Notes under the pieces: model-generated | Database searches by the model: none | What the model saw: only the letters and a program-made list of their open reading frames with translations | What the model was told of the DNA's origin: nothing | Shown: in pieces, positions 1-7,571 of the stretch | Layout: the number at the start of each line of letters is the position of its first letter | Position numbering within the stretch: the stretch's first letter is position 1 | NCBI GenBank assembly: GCA_052386995.1 | Contig: JBQTJP010000196.1 | Span: forward strand, 1 to 34,950 | Reading direction: 5' to 3' | DNA length: 34,950 nucleotides | Source of the DNA: Armatimonadota bacterium | GTDB taxonomy: Bacteria > Sysuimicrobiota > Sysuimicrobiia > Sysuimicrobiales > Humicultoraceae | Position numbers and translations under genes: made by a program

Positions 1-11
1 AATATACCACA
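1..11 (-). promoter_or_regulatory. Extended -10 promoter element for the gene beyond the left edge
   Basis: Minus strand reads TGTGG-TATATT just after the recO stop. An AT-rich hexamer in GC-rich DNA, with the same TGTGGTATAxT form as at 5996-6006. Confidence 0.45.
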
Positions 12-22
12 GCAGCCGCCGC

Positions 23-811
23 TTAAGTCCTGTACGAGCGCGTCGCCTCGGCGACCCTGGCCGCCTCACGCAGCCGGCCGACGACGGCCGGGGCCCGCAG
101 ACGCGCGTCCCAGCAGACTTCGGCATATCCGCGGAGACACTCGGCGACCGCCGCGCTCTCGTCCCGCGAGGGGTGAACGTGACGCAGCGCCGCCGGCCTC
201 GCATCGAGCAGAAATGCGAGCAGCGCGGCCACGCCGGGCGTCATTGACATGACGCGCGGATCGCGCGTGCGGCACGCCTCGTCCAGACAGCCGCCCAGAG
301 TCGCGCTCCACACCGGACGTCCGCGTATCCGCCTGCCGCAGACCGCGCAGCGCGTGGTCGCCGGCCGGTGGCCGGTGAGCACGAGCAGGCGTGCTGCGAA
401 CCAGAGGCCCGCCAGGTCCGGCGGGAGCGCTGTACCGGCGTGAACGAGCGCCAGCGCATCGACCAGCAGACGATAGACCTCCGGATGCGCGTGCCGCTCG
501 GCCAGAGCGTGGTCGGCGAGTTCGAGAATGATCGCGGTAGCGCCCATCCGGTCGAGATCGTCACGTAACGGCGCGTGCGCCTCGATCACCTCGACCTGAG
601 AGATGATGTCGAGGCTGCGCCCTTCGGCGACGAGCGCCCTGAATCGCGTCGGCGGCTCCAGACGCCCGCCCAGGCGGCTGCGGGGACGGCGCGCGCCCTT
701 GGCGACAACGGTGAGCTTCCCGCGGTCGCGCGACAGCACAGTGACCAGACGGTCCGCTTCTCCGAGATTGCGGCGGCGGAGCACGATGCCCTCGATCTTG
801 TAGAGACCCAC
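23..811 (-). CDS. recO: DNA repair protein RecO
   Basis: GTG start at 811: (M)GLYKIEGIVLRRRNLGEADRLVTVLSRDRGKL..AKGARRPRSRL (RecO N-terminal OB fold); Zn-finger CAVC...CLDEAC. The upstream part of the ORF-track ORF overlaps mgtE and is ignored. Confidence 0.93.
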   Translation of the reverse strand: MGLYKIEGIVLRRRNLGEADRLVTVLSRDRGKLTVVAKGARRPRSRLGGRLEPPTRFRALVAEGRSLDIISQVEVIEAHAPLRDDLDRMGATAIILELADHALAERHAHPEVYRLLVDALALVHAGTALPPDLAGLWFAARLLVLTGHRPATTRCAVCGRRIRGRPVWSATLGGCLDEACRTRDPRVMSMTPGVAALLAFLLDARPAALRHVHPSRDESAAVAECLRGYAEVCWDARLRAPAVVGRLREAARVAEATRSYRT

Positions 812-825
812 GGCCGCGGAACCCG

Positions 826-2172
826 CTACACGCCGAGGCGGCCGCGGAAGATCAAGACCGCCACCGTAAAGTAGATGAGAATCGTCACGACGTCCATCGA
901 CGACGTCACAAACGGTCCGGATGCCACCGCGGGATCCTTTCGCATCGTCGTAAGCACGAGGGGCGCCGTCGAGCCCAGCAGCGCCGCGACCATCGTGACC
1001 GCCATCAGGGTGACCCCGACCGTGGCACCGAGCAGAATGTCGCCCTGCAGCGCGACCGCGATGCCAAGCCCGACCAGCCCGCTGGCCGCGCCCGCGCTGA
1101 CGCCGACCAGGCATTCACGAAGAATGAGCTGTCGGTATGACCGGCGGTCCACCTCCCCCGTCGCGATGCTCCGCACGGCGACGGCGACCGACTGGATGCC
1201 CATGTTGCCCGCCATGTCCGTGACCACCGGGATGTAATACGCCAGCGCAATGACCGCCGCGAGCGTGTGCTCGAATCCGCCAATCACCCGGGCGGCGACT
1301 CCTTCGGCCACGAGCAGCGCCAGGAGCCACGGCAGACGCTTGGCGGCCCGCGTCACCGGGGAGTCGAACGCTTCGACCTCCTCGACGAGACCTGCCAGTT
1401 TGTAGGCGTCTTCAGACGCCTCTTCGGTCACGACGTGGATGATGTCATCGACCGTCACAACACCAAGCAGCCTGTTGCCCGGATCAACCACCGGGAGCGC
1501 CTTCAGCCGGTATTTCTCAAACAATCGTGCCACCGCTTCCTGGTCGTCGCCCACGCGCGCCGCTACCACGTTGGCCCGTATGATCGACGCCAGCGGCGCG
1601 AGTGGTCGGGCGAGAATGAGATCGCGGAGCGATACGACGCCGACAAGGCGCCCGGCCGCATCGACGACGTAGACGTAGTAGATTGTCTCGGCATCGGGCG
1701 CAATCTCCCGGAGGCGCGCCACCGCGTCGCCCACGGTCCCCTCGGCGCGGACCGTGACGACCTCGGTGGCCATGAGACCCCCGGCGGTGTGCGGAGGGTA
1801 GGCAAGAAGCTCGCGGACATCGGCCGCCTCTGCGGCCGCCATGCCCTTCAGGAGCTGCTCGGCCTGCGCCGCGGGCAACTCGGCGAGCAGATCCGCCGCC
1901 TCGTCGGATGCCATCTCTTCCAGGACGTCGGAGGCCTGCTGCGGGGCGAGTTGCCGAAGCAGAGTCTCCTGGCGCTCGGCCGGCAGGTGCTCGATGACCG
2001 CAGGCGCCAGGTCCGGCACGCCGGCGAGAATCTTTACCGCCTCGGCGTCATCCAGATCCGCCAGGGCTTCGGCGATGTCTGCGGGGTGGGCAAATTCGAG
2101 CTCTGCCTTGAGGCGGCCAGGATCTTCTCGCGCCAGCAGACGCAGGCTTTCTGCCGACAGCAGCGTGCTCAT
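826..2172 (-). CDS. mgtE: Magnesium transporter MgtE (paralog B)
   Basis: ATG at 2172 overlaps the upstream TGA (ATGA). HPADIAE N-domain, TAGGLM, CBS pair (IYYVYVVD, LPVVD), KRLPWL, GNMG, DPAVASGPFVTSSMD. Confidence 0.95.
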   Translation of the reverse strand: MSTLLSAESLRLLAREDPGRLKAELEFAHPADIAEALADLDDAEAVKILAGVPDLAPAVIEHLPAERQETLLRQLAPQQASDVLEEMASDEAADLLAELPAAQAEQLLKGMAAAEAADVRELLAYPPHTAGGLMATEVVTVRAEGTVGDAVARLREIAPDAETIYYVYVVDAAGRLVGVVSLRDLILARPLAPLASIIRANVVAARVGDDQEAVARLFEKYRLKALPVVDPGNRLLGVVTVDDIIHVVTEEASEDAYKLAGLVEEVEAFDSPVTRAAKRLPWLLALLVAEGVAARVIGGFEHTLAAVIALAYYIPVVTDMAGNMGIQSVAVAVRSIATGEVDRRSYRQLILRECLVGVSAGAASGLVGLGIAVALQGDILLGATVGVTLMAVTMVAALLGSTAPLVLTTMRKDPAVASGPFVTSSMDVVTILIYFTVAVLIFRGRLGV

Positions 2173-3518
2173 CCGCCCACCGCCCGCAGCAACTGCATCG
2201 CCAGCAAGAAGTACACGACCAGCGTCAGGATGTCGGCAATCGTGGTAATCAGCGGCCCTGAGGTGATCGCCGGGTCGACACCCAAACGGTCCATTGTGAG
2301 CGGGATGACCATTCCCAGCGGCGCTGCGATCAGCAGGCCCAACCACATGGACCCGCCCACGACTATGCCGAGATTGAGATCCTGCCGCCAGATGGCAGCG
2401 TAGGCGCCCACAGCCAGCCCGCAGACCGCGCCGACCACCGCGCCGGTCATGCCCTCCCGCCCGACCTGCCGCCAGGCCTCCTGGCCAAAGCGCCCGGTGG
2501 CCAGGCCACGGACGGCGAGCGCCAGCGATTGCGCCCCAACGTTTCCGGCCGACGCCATGAGCGCAGGGATGAAGAACGCGAGCGCGAGCGTCGCCTCCAG
2601 CGTGCTCGTAAACCGGCTGATGACGATGACGGCGAGGATGTCGAGAAAGAGATTGAGCACCAGGAAGCCGCTCCGCTTGGCCAGCACGTCCCACGGGAAC
2701 ACACGGGCCTGCATCTGGGCCCCGCCGACGGCCCCGGTCAGCCCGAGCACGTCTTCGGTGCCTTCGGCCTCAACCACGCCGAGGAGGTCGTCTGATGTCA
2801 CCACGCCCAGCAGATGGCCGCTTCCATCGATGACCGGCACGGCGAGCAGGCTGTACTTGCGGGCGAGCTCCGCCACGGCCTCTTGATCGTCGAGCGGGCC
2901 GACGGTCACCAGCCGCGTGTGCATCATCGAGCGTATGGTGCGGTCGGATGGGGCGGCGATCAGCTCGCGCAGCGTGACGACGCCTCCCAGCCTGCCCGCC
3001 TCGGTGACGTACACGTAGTAGAGGAGTTCGACCTCCCGTCCCTGGTCCCGCACGTCCTGGATCGCTCGGCCCACCGTGAGATCCGGGCCGATCGTCACGA
3101 CGTCGGTGGTCATCAGACTGCCGGCCGTGCGCTCTGGATATGCCATCAGGCCGGCGACTTCGGTCGCCTCGTCGCGGCGCATCTGCCGCAGCAGGCGCTG
3201 GGCGCGCTCTAGCGGCAGCTCGCCGAGCAGGTCGGTGACCTCGTCGGTGGCCATCTCGTTCAACAGCGGCACCAGTTGCTCGTCGGCCAGGGCCTGGCTG
3301 AGCGCCACCCGCTCGTGAGGGTCGAGGGATTCCAGCACCAGGGCGGCCTGCTCGTCAGGCAGGAGCAGCAGCACGGTCAGCCGGTCGCGGTCAGAGAGGC
3401 GGCGCAGGAGATCGGCGAGATCGCTGGGGTGCAGCGGGGCCAGGAGCGCCGCCATGCCGCTCAGGTTTCGTTGGCTGAGAAACTGCGAGGTGGTCTCGAC
3501 GAGGCGCTCGGTGAGCAT
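2169..3518 (-). CDS. mgtE: Magnesium transporter MgtE (paralog A)
   Basis: ATG at 3518 (MLTERL..). HPSDLAD, TAGSLM, CBS pair, AGNVGAQS, DPAITSGPLITTIAD. Confidence 0.95.
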   Translation of the reverse strand: MLTERLVETTSQFLSQRNLSGMAALLAPLHPSDLADLLRRLSDRDRLTVLLLLPDEQAALVLESLDPHERVALSQALADEQLVPLLNEMATDEVTDLLGELPLERAQRLLRQMRRDEATEVAGLMAYPERTAGSLMTTDVVTIGPDLTVGRAIQDVRDQGREVELLYYVYVTEAGRLGGVVTLRELIAAPSDRTIRSMMHTRLVTVGPLDDQEAVAELARKYSLLAVPVIDGSGHLLGVVTSDDLLGVVEAEGTEDVLGLTGAVGGAQMQARVFPWDVLAKRSGFLVLNLFLDILAVIVISRFTSTLEATLALAFFIPALMASAGNVGAQSLALAVRGLATGRFGQEAWRQVGREGMTGAVVGAVCGLAVGAYAAIWRQDLNLGIVVGGSMWLGLLIAAPLGMVIPLTMDRLGVDPAITSGPLITTIADILTLVVYFLLAMQLLRAVGG

Positions 3519-3551
3519 GTCAGCGGTGAGTGAACCTGACGTGTCGTGCCT

Positions 3552-3580
3552 ACCATACGCGCGGCTCTTTAGGGTGTCAA
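3552..3580 (-). promoter_or_regulatory. Sigma70/SigA promoter for mgtE-mgtE-recO
   Basis: TTGACA (3580-3575), 17 nt, TATGGT (3557-3552) in the cdd-mgtE gap. Confidence 0.75.
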
Positions 3581-3592
3581 GCGACGGGCGTT

Positions 3593-4009
3593 CTAGCGCA
3601 GGTCGGCTGGACCAAACGGGTGGGCAAGCAGATCCGCGAGCCGGAAGACCTGTGGGGCGCTCCTGGGCCCAGCGACGATCACATCTCCAACGCCAAATTC
3701 CAACATCACCTGGCGGCAGGCGCCGCAAGGCATCGCGCCGTCTCGACCCGCGAACACGGCCACGGCCCGCAGCCGGCGATGTCCTTCCGCCACGGCGCGG
3801 TGGATTGCCGCGCGTTCGGCGCAGATAGAGAGGCCATACGAGGCATTCTCAACGTTGCATCCCGAAATGACGGCGCCGGAAGCCGTCAACACCGCGGCCC
3901 CAACGGGGAAGTCGGAGTACGGGGCGTAGGCGCGCCGGCGCGCGGCGCGCGCCGCGCGTACGAGCGCGGCGATCTGGCGGCGCGCGGGCTGGCGGGCGCG
4001 CCGGGCCAT
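3593..4009 (-). CDS. cdd: Cytidine deaminase (homotetrameric type)
   Basis: AYAPYSDFPVGAA, GCNVENASYGLSICAER, PCGACRQ Zn motifs. ATG at 4009 overlaps the DUF502 stop (TGATG). Confidence 0.95.
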   Translation of the reverse strand: MARRARQPARRQIAALVRAARAARRRAYAPYSDFPVGAAVLTASGAVISGCNVENASYGLSICAERAAIHRAVAEGHRRLRAVAVFAGRDGAMPCGACRQVMLEFGVGDVIVAGPRSAPQVFRLADLLAHPFGPADLR

Positions 4010-4659
4010 CAGACCCGATCGGGCGTCGGCCGGGGCGACAGTGGCAGGCCGGGTGTCGAGGGCTCGTCCGCACGCGCGCGGAGCGGCGGGGCGACGATAC
4101 CGCCCGACACCACGAGCTTGAGAGCGGCTTCGACACTCATCTCGAGCGGGATGACCTGGCTCTCGGGCACCAGACACAGAATCCCCGTGGTGGGGTTCGG
4201 CGTGTGCATCATGAAGACGTTGAGGATACGCTCGCCCCTTGCCGCCTCGCCGGAAGTCTCGCCGGTGACGAATCCGACCGAGTAGAGGCCTTGCCGTGGC
4301 CACTCCACGAGCACCGCGCCCTTGAACGCCGAACGGTTCTGCATGAAGACCGAGTCGGTGAGCTGACGGATGGCCGAGTAGATGGTGCGGACGATTGGAA
4401 TTCGCATGATCACGTAGTCGAACAGCCCCACGACCCTGCGCCCCAGCACGTTGCTGGCAAAGGCGCCCGTGAACAGAATCATGATGATCCCGGCCACGAG
4501 GCCGAGGCCCGGGACCCTTCGCTGAAGGAGATACTGGAAGACGGGTGCGAGCAGGCTGTCCAGGAATCGGAAGAGCGCGAGCAGCACCAGCACCGTCACG
4601 CCCAGGGGCAGGATCACGAGCAGGCCCGCGACCAGATAGGTGCGGAGGCGATGGCGCAT
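4009..4659 (-). CDS. DUF502 family membrane protein
   Basis: GLLVILPLGVT, RIPIVRTIYSAIRQL, VLVEWPR, PNPTTG and MSVEAALKLVVSGG are typical DUF502 motifs. Start is ATG 4659 or GTG 4662. Confidence 0.9.
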   Translation of the reverse strand: MRHRLRTYLVAGLLVILPLGVTVLVLLALFRFLDSLLAPVFQYLLQRRVPGLGLVAGIIMILFTGAFASNVLGRRVVGLFDYVIMRIPIVRTIYSAIRQLTDSVFMQNRSAFKGAVLVEWPRQGLYSVGFVTGETSGEAARGERILNVFMMHTPNPTTGILCLVPESQVIPLEMSVEAALKLVVSGGIVAPPLRARADEPSTPGLPLSPRPTPDRV

Positions 4660-5939
4660 CACTCGTCGACCGAGGCGACCGGCTCCACCTTCGTGATCTT
4701 GACCTGCGCGATCCGGTTGCCGTCTACCCGCTCGACCGCCAGTTCCACGCCGTCGTACGTCACGCGCTCACCCTGGGCGGGGACGTGCCCGAGCAGGCTG
4801 TAGACGAACCCGCCGACCGAATCCACATCGCCGGCCGGGAGATCCAGGCGCAGCGCCGCGTTCACGTCTTCGAGGTTCACACGGCCGTCGACGAGCGCGA
4901 CCCGCTCGTTCAGCACCTTGATCGGCGGTTCCTCCACGTCATACTCGTCCTGGATCGGTCCGACGATCTCCTCCAGCAGGTCCTCGATCGTCACCAGTCC
5001 AGCGGTGCCGCCGTACTCGTCCACCGAGATCGCCATGTGCACCTTCTTCCGGCGCATCTCGCGGAAGAGCTCGTCCAGCCGCTTGGTCTCCGGGACGAAG
5101 TAGGCGGGCCGCGCGAAGTCGCGGACAACGCCTTCCAGCTTGCCCAACCGAAAGGCCGCGAGCAGGTCCTTCACGTGCACAAGTCCGACGATTTGATCGA
5201 TGGTCTCATGGTAGACGGGAATTCTCGAATGGCCGTGAACCCGCACGACTTCCAGGAGGGCCTCGATCGGGTCGTCGGCCTCGACGCACACCATGTCGAT
5301 CCTGGGGACCATGACTTCGCGCACGACGGTGTCGCCCCAGGCGAAGATGGAGTGGATCATCTCGCGCTCGTCCTGCTCGAGCACGCCCTGTTCCTCGCCC
5401 ATCCGGACGAGCATCTGGATCTCTTCCTCGGTCACCATCGGCGCATCCACCCGGACACGGCCTCCGAACGGCCGGGTCAGCAGATTCGTCAACAGCGCGA
5501 GGATGCGAATCACCGGTCCGAGCAGCCACGACATCCACTGCACCGGCCGGGCGACCAGAAGTGCCAGACGCTCCGCGTGGTGCGCCGCGAGCGTCTTGGG
5601 CGTGATGTCACCGAAGATCAACAGTACGAGCGTCATGATCACAAACGCATACAGGGCCCCGCGCTCGGGTCCCACGAGCCGCACCATCGTCGTGGTCGCC
5701 AGCACCGCGGCGGCAGTGCTCGCGATGTTGTTGCCGATGAGCAGCGTCGAGAAGAGCCGGGCCGGCTGCTCCAGCAGGCTCAGCGCCACGTCGGCGTGGC
5801 GGCCGCCCTCTTCTTTCTGATGGCGGAGACGGAGCCGATTGGCCGCAAACAGCGCCGTCTCGGACCCAGAGAAGAAGGCCGCCAGAAGCACCAGCACGAT
5901 GAGTGTAATGAGTTCAAGCACGAAACTTGATGCGTCCAA
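4659..5939 (-). CDS. CNNM/CorC-HlyC family (DUF21-CBS-CorC) Mg2+/Co2+ efflux protein
   Basis: AFFSGSETAL, TLLIGNN, FGDITPK, VREVMVPR, HSRIPVY, VDEYGGTAGLVTIEDLLEEIVG. TTG start preceded by AAGGAAGG. Confidence 0.93.
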   Translation of the reverse strand: MDASSFVLELITLIVLVLLAAFFSGSETALFAANRLRLRHQKEEGGRHADVALSLLEQPARLFSTLLIGNNIASTAAAVLATTTMVRLVGPERGALYAFVIMTLVLLIFGDITPKTLAAHHAERLALLVARPVQWMSWLLGPVIRILALLTNLLTRPFGGRVRVDAPMVTEEEIQMLVRMGEEQGVLEQDEREMIHSIFAWGDTVVREVMVPRIDMVCVEADDPIEALLEVVRVHGHSRIPVYHETIDQIVGLVHVKDLLAAFRLGKLEGVVRDFARPAYFVPETKRLDELFREMRRKKVHMAISVDEYGGTAGLVTIEDLLEEIVGPIQDEYDVEEPPIKVLNERVALVDGRVNLEDVNAALRLDLPAGDVDSVGGFVYSLLGHVPAQGERVTYDGVELAVERVDGNRIAQVKITKVEPVASVDE

Positions 5940-5995
5940 GGAGCTGCCTTCCTTTTGGGCCGGTTGGCCAGGGGCAACGTCGAGGAATCACTGGA

Positions 5996-6006
5996 ATTAT
6001 ACCACA
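5996..6006 (-). promoter_or_regulatory. Extended -10 promoter for the CorC-DUF502-cdd unit
   Basis: Minus strand TGTGG-TATAAT (perfect -10 with TG extension) about 56 nt upstream of the TTG start. No good -35. Confidence 0.75.
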
Positions 6007-6029
6007 GGGCTCCCTGAGCGAATCCCGCG

Positions 6030-6533
6030 TCAGGGCCCGCGCAACATCCACGGCCACCGCACGCGCCACAGACCCGGGCCGCTGGTCAGCCCGATCGCGG
6101 CGCCGTCCCCGGCAAGTTCAATCAGGTCGGCCTCGTCGGCGCCCACGCGCAGCCGATGCGCGACGATTCTCGACACCCGCAGTGGCACCGTTCCGATTCT
6201 GCGGTCGGTCCGCAGCACGAACTGATCGCCCTCGCGGGTGTAGCCTTCCGTGGGGAGTCCGGCCCCCTGAGAGACAAAGCGCATGCCCACCAGCCGGAGC
6301 CCAGTCCGCTCGGCGCGGAACTCCTCGGTGACAGGGGTGCGTTCGACCGAATGAGTGTACCGCAGCTCGACACGCGCGCCTGGTGCAACGATCCGCCGCC
6401 ACAGCACGCGATCGGTCCTGGCGTCGACCACGTCGACGGCAACGTCGGGGCGGTGGATAAGAACGATGGCCGCGAGTGGAACACCCGCGGCCACCGAAAC
6501 TGCAATGAGAACCAGACGCCTGTGGCGGTCTAT
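6030..6533 (-). CDS. DUF1850 family protein (TAXI-TRAP associated)
   Basis: N-terminal hydrophobic anchor, LRYTHSVERTPVTEEF and SQGAGLP motifs; adjacent to TAXI. Start uncertain: ATA at 6533 or GTG at 6494. Confidence 0.85.
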   Translation of the reverse strand: MDRHRRLVLIAVSVAAGVPLAAIVLIHRPDVAVDVVDARTDRVLWRRIVAPGARVELRYTHSVERTPVTEEFRAERTGLRLVGMRFVSQGAGLPTEGYTREGDQFVLRTDRRIGTVPLRVSRIVAHRLRVGADEADLIELAGDGAAIGLTSGPGLWRVRWPWMLRGP

Positions 6534-7507
6534 CGCGTTCGCACTCCGCGCTCGCGATAGTACCGCTCGGCGCCGGGATGGGCCGGCACGGGCATCCCGT
6601 CGAGCGCCTTGCTCAGCTCGAGATCCCGCCCGCGCGCGTGAGCCGCCCGCATCCGGTCGAGATTCTCCCACAGCGCTTTCGTCAGATTGTAGACCAGATC
6701 TTCCGGCAGATCGCCGCGCGCGACCAGCATCGCCATGACGGCCACGGTTGACACTGGGGCGGTCTGGCCGCGGTAGGTATCGGCCGGAATCACGTTCCGC
6801 GTGTAGAACGGCCAGCGCGCCCGCAGCGCATCGAGCGCCTCGTTGCTCACCGGCAGGATCAGGATCTCACGGTTCGACGCCAGGTCGGTCACGGCCGCCG
6901 TGGGCGCGCCCGCCGTGATGAAGACGGCATCGCCGTTCCCATCGCGCAACTGGTCGATCCCCGCCGCAAACGACAGAAAATCCGCGCGCAGCTCCCGATA
7001 GAAGATGTCGTGCACGGCGAGGATCTGGCGGGCGTTCGCCTCCGTGCCGCTGCCGGGCGCGCCGACGATCACGCGCTTGCCGCGGAGGTCCTCGACGCCG
7101 TTGATCCGCCTGCCGCGCAACGTCACGATCTGGATCGTCTCCGGATAGAGCATCGCAATGCCGCGGATCCCGGCAACCGGCCGCGGCCGATTGCTGCCCG
7201 GCTCGGCGAACACCTCGGTGCCGTTGTTGGCGTAATAGGCGACATCGTTTTGGACCAGCCCCAGGTGGGCATCTCCGCGCGCCATATTCTGAATGTTGAC
7301 GACCGACGCCCCGCTGCTTTGCGAGGCGACACGGACGCCCGGCACGGCCCTGTTCCAGATCTCGGCCATCGCCCCACCGAGCGGGAAGTACACTCCGGCC
7401 GTCCCGCCCGTCACCAAGGACAGCAGCCGGACCTGCGCACCGATCGGCGCCGCCATCGCGCCGACGAGCACCACTGTGATCACCAGCAAGAGCCATCGCA
7501 CCTTCAC
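6530..7507 (-). CDS. TAXI family TRAP transporter solute-binding protein
   Basis: Signal peptide; TGGTAGVYFPLG, SGASVVN, LYPETIQIV, GAPGSGTE, HPGAERYYRE. Strong SD GGGGGAGG. Confidence 0.95.
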   Translation of the reverse strand: MKVRWLLLVITVVLVGAMAAPIGAQVRLLSLVTGGTAGVYFPLGGAMAEIWNRAVPGVRVASQSSGASVVNIQNMARGDAHLGLVQNDVAYYANNGTEVFAEPGSNRPRPVAGIRGIAMLYPETIQIVTLRGRRINGVEDLRGKRVIVGAPGSGTEANARQILAVHDIFYRELRADFLSFAAGIDQLRDGNGDAVFITAGAPTAAVTDLASNREILILPVSNEALDALRARWPFYTRNVIPADTYRGQTAPVSTVAVMAMLVARGDLPEDLVYNLTKALWENLDRMRAAHARGRDLELSKALDGMPVPAHPGAERYYRERGVRTR

Positions 7508-7571
7508 GGCATCCCCTCCCCCATCCTGCCGTTTATTCCGGCACTGCGCCCCGCGCGCGCGTTTGTTCGGG

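Noticed and set aside
2173..2694. Apparent 622-aa MgtE with a long N-terminal extension; similar extensions on recO, cdd, argH, argC and pgpH in the ORF track
   Set aside because: The extensions overlap upstream genes in another frame; real starts are indicated by stop/start overlaps, SD sites and family N-termini.
4545..5930. 461-aa + strand ORF antisense to the CorC/CNNM gene (similar cases at 1267-2403, 23425-24462 and 26011-27087)
   Set aside because: Antisense mirrors of well-supported genes with no domain signatures.
6005..6016. CAGGG-N2-CCCTG inverted repeat next to the CorC promoter
   Set aside because: 5-bp arms in GC-rich DNA are not significant without conservation data.
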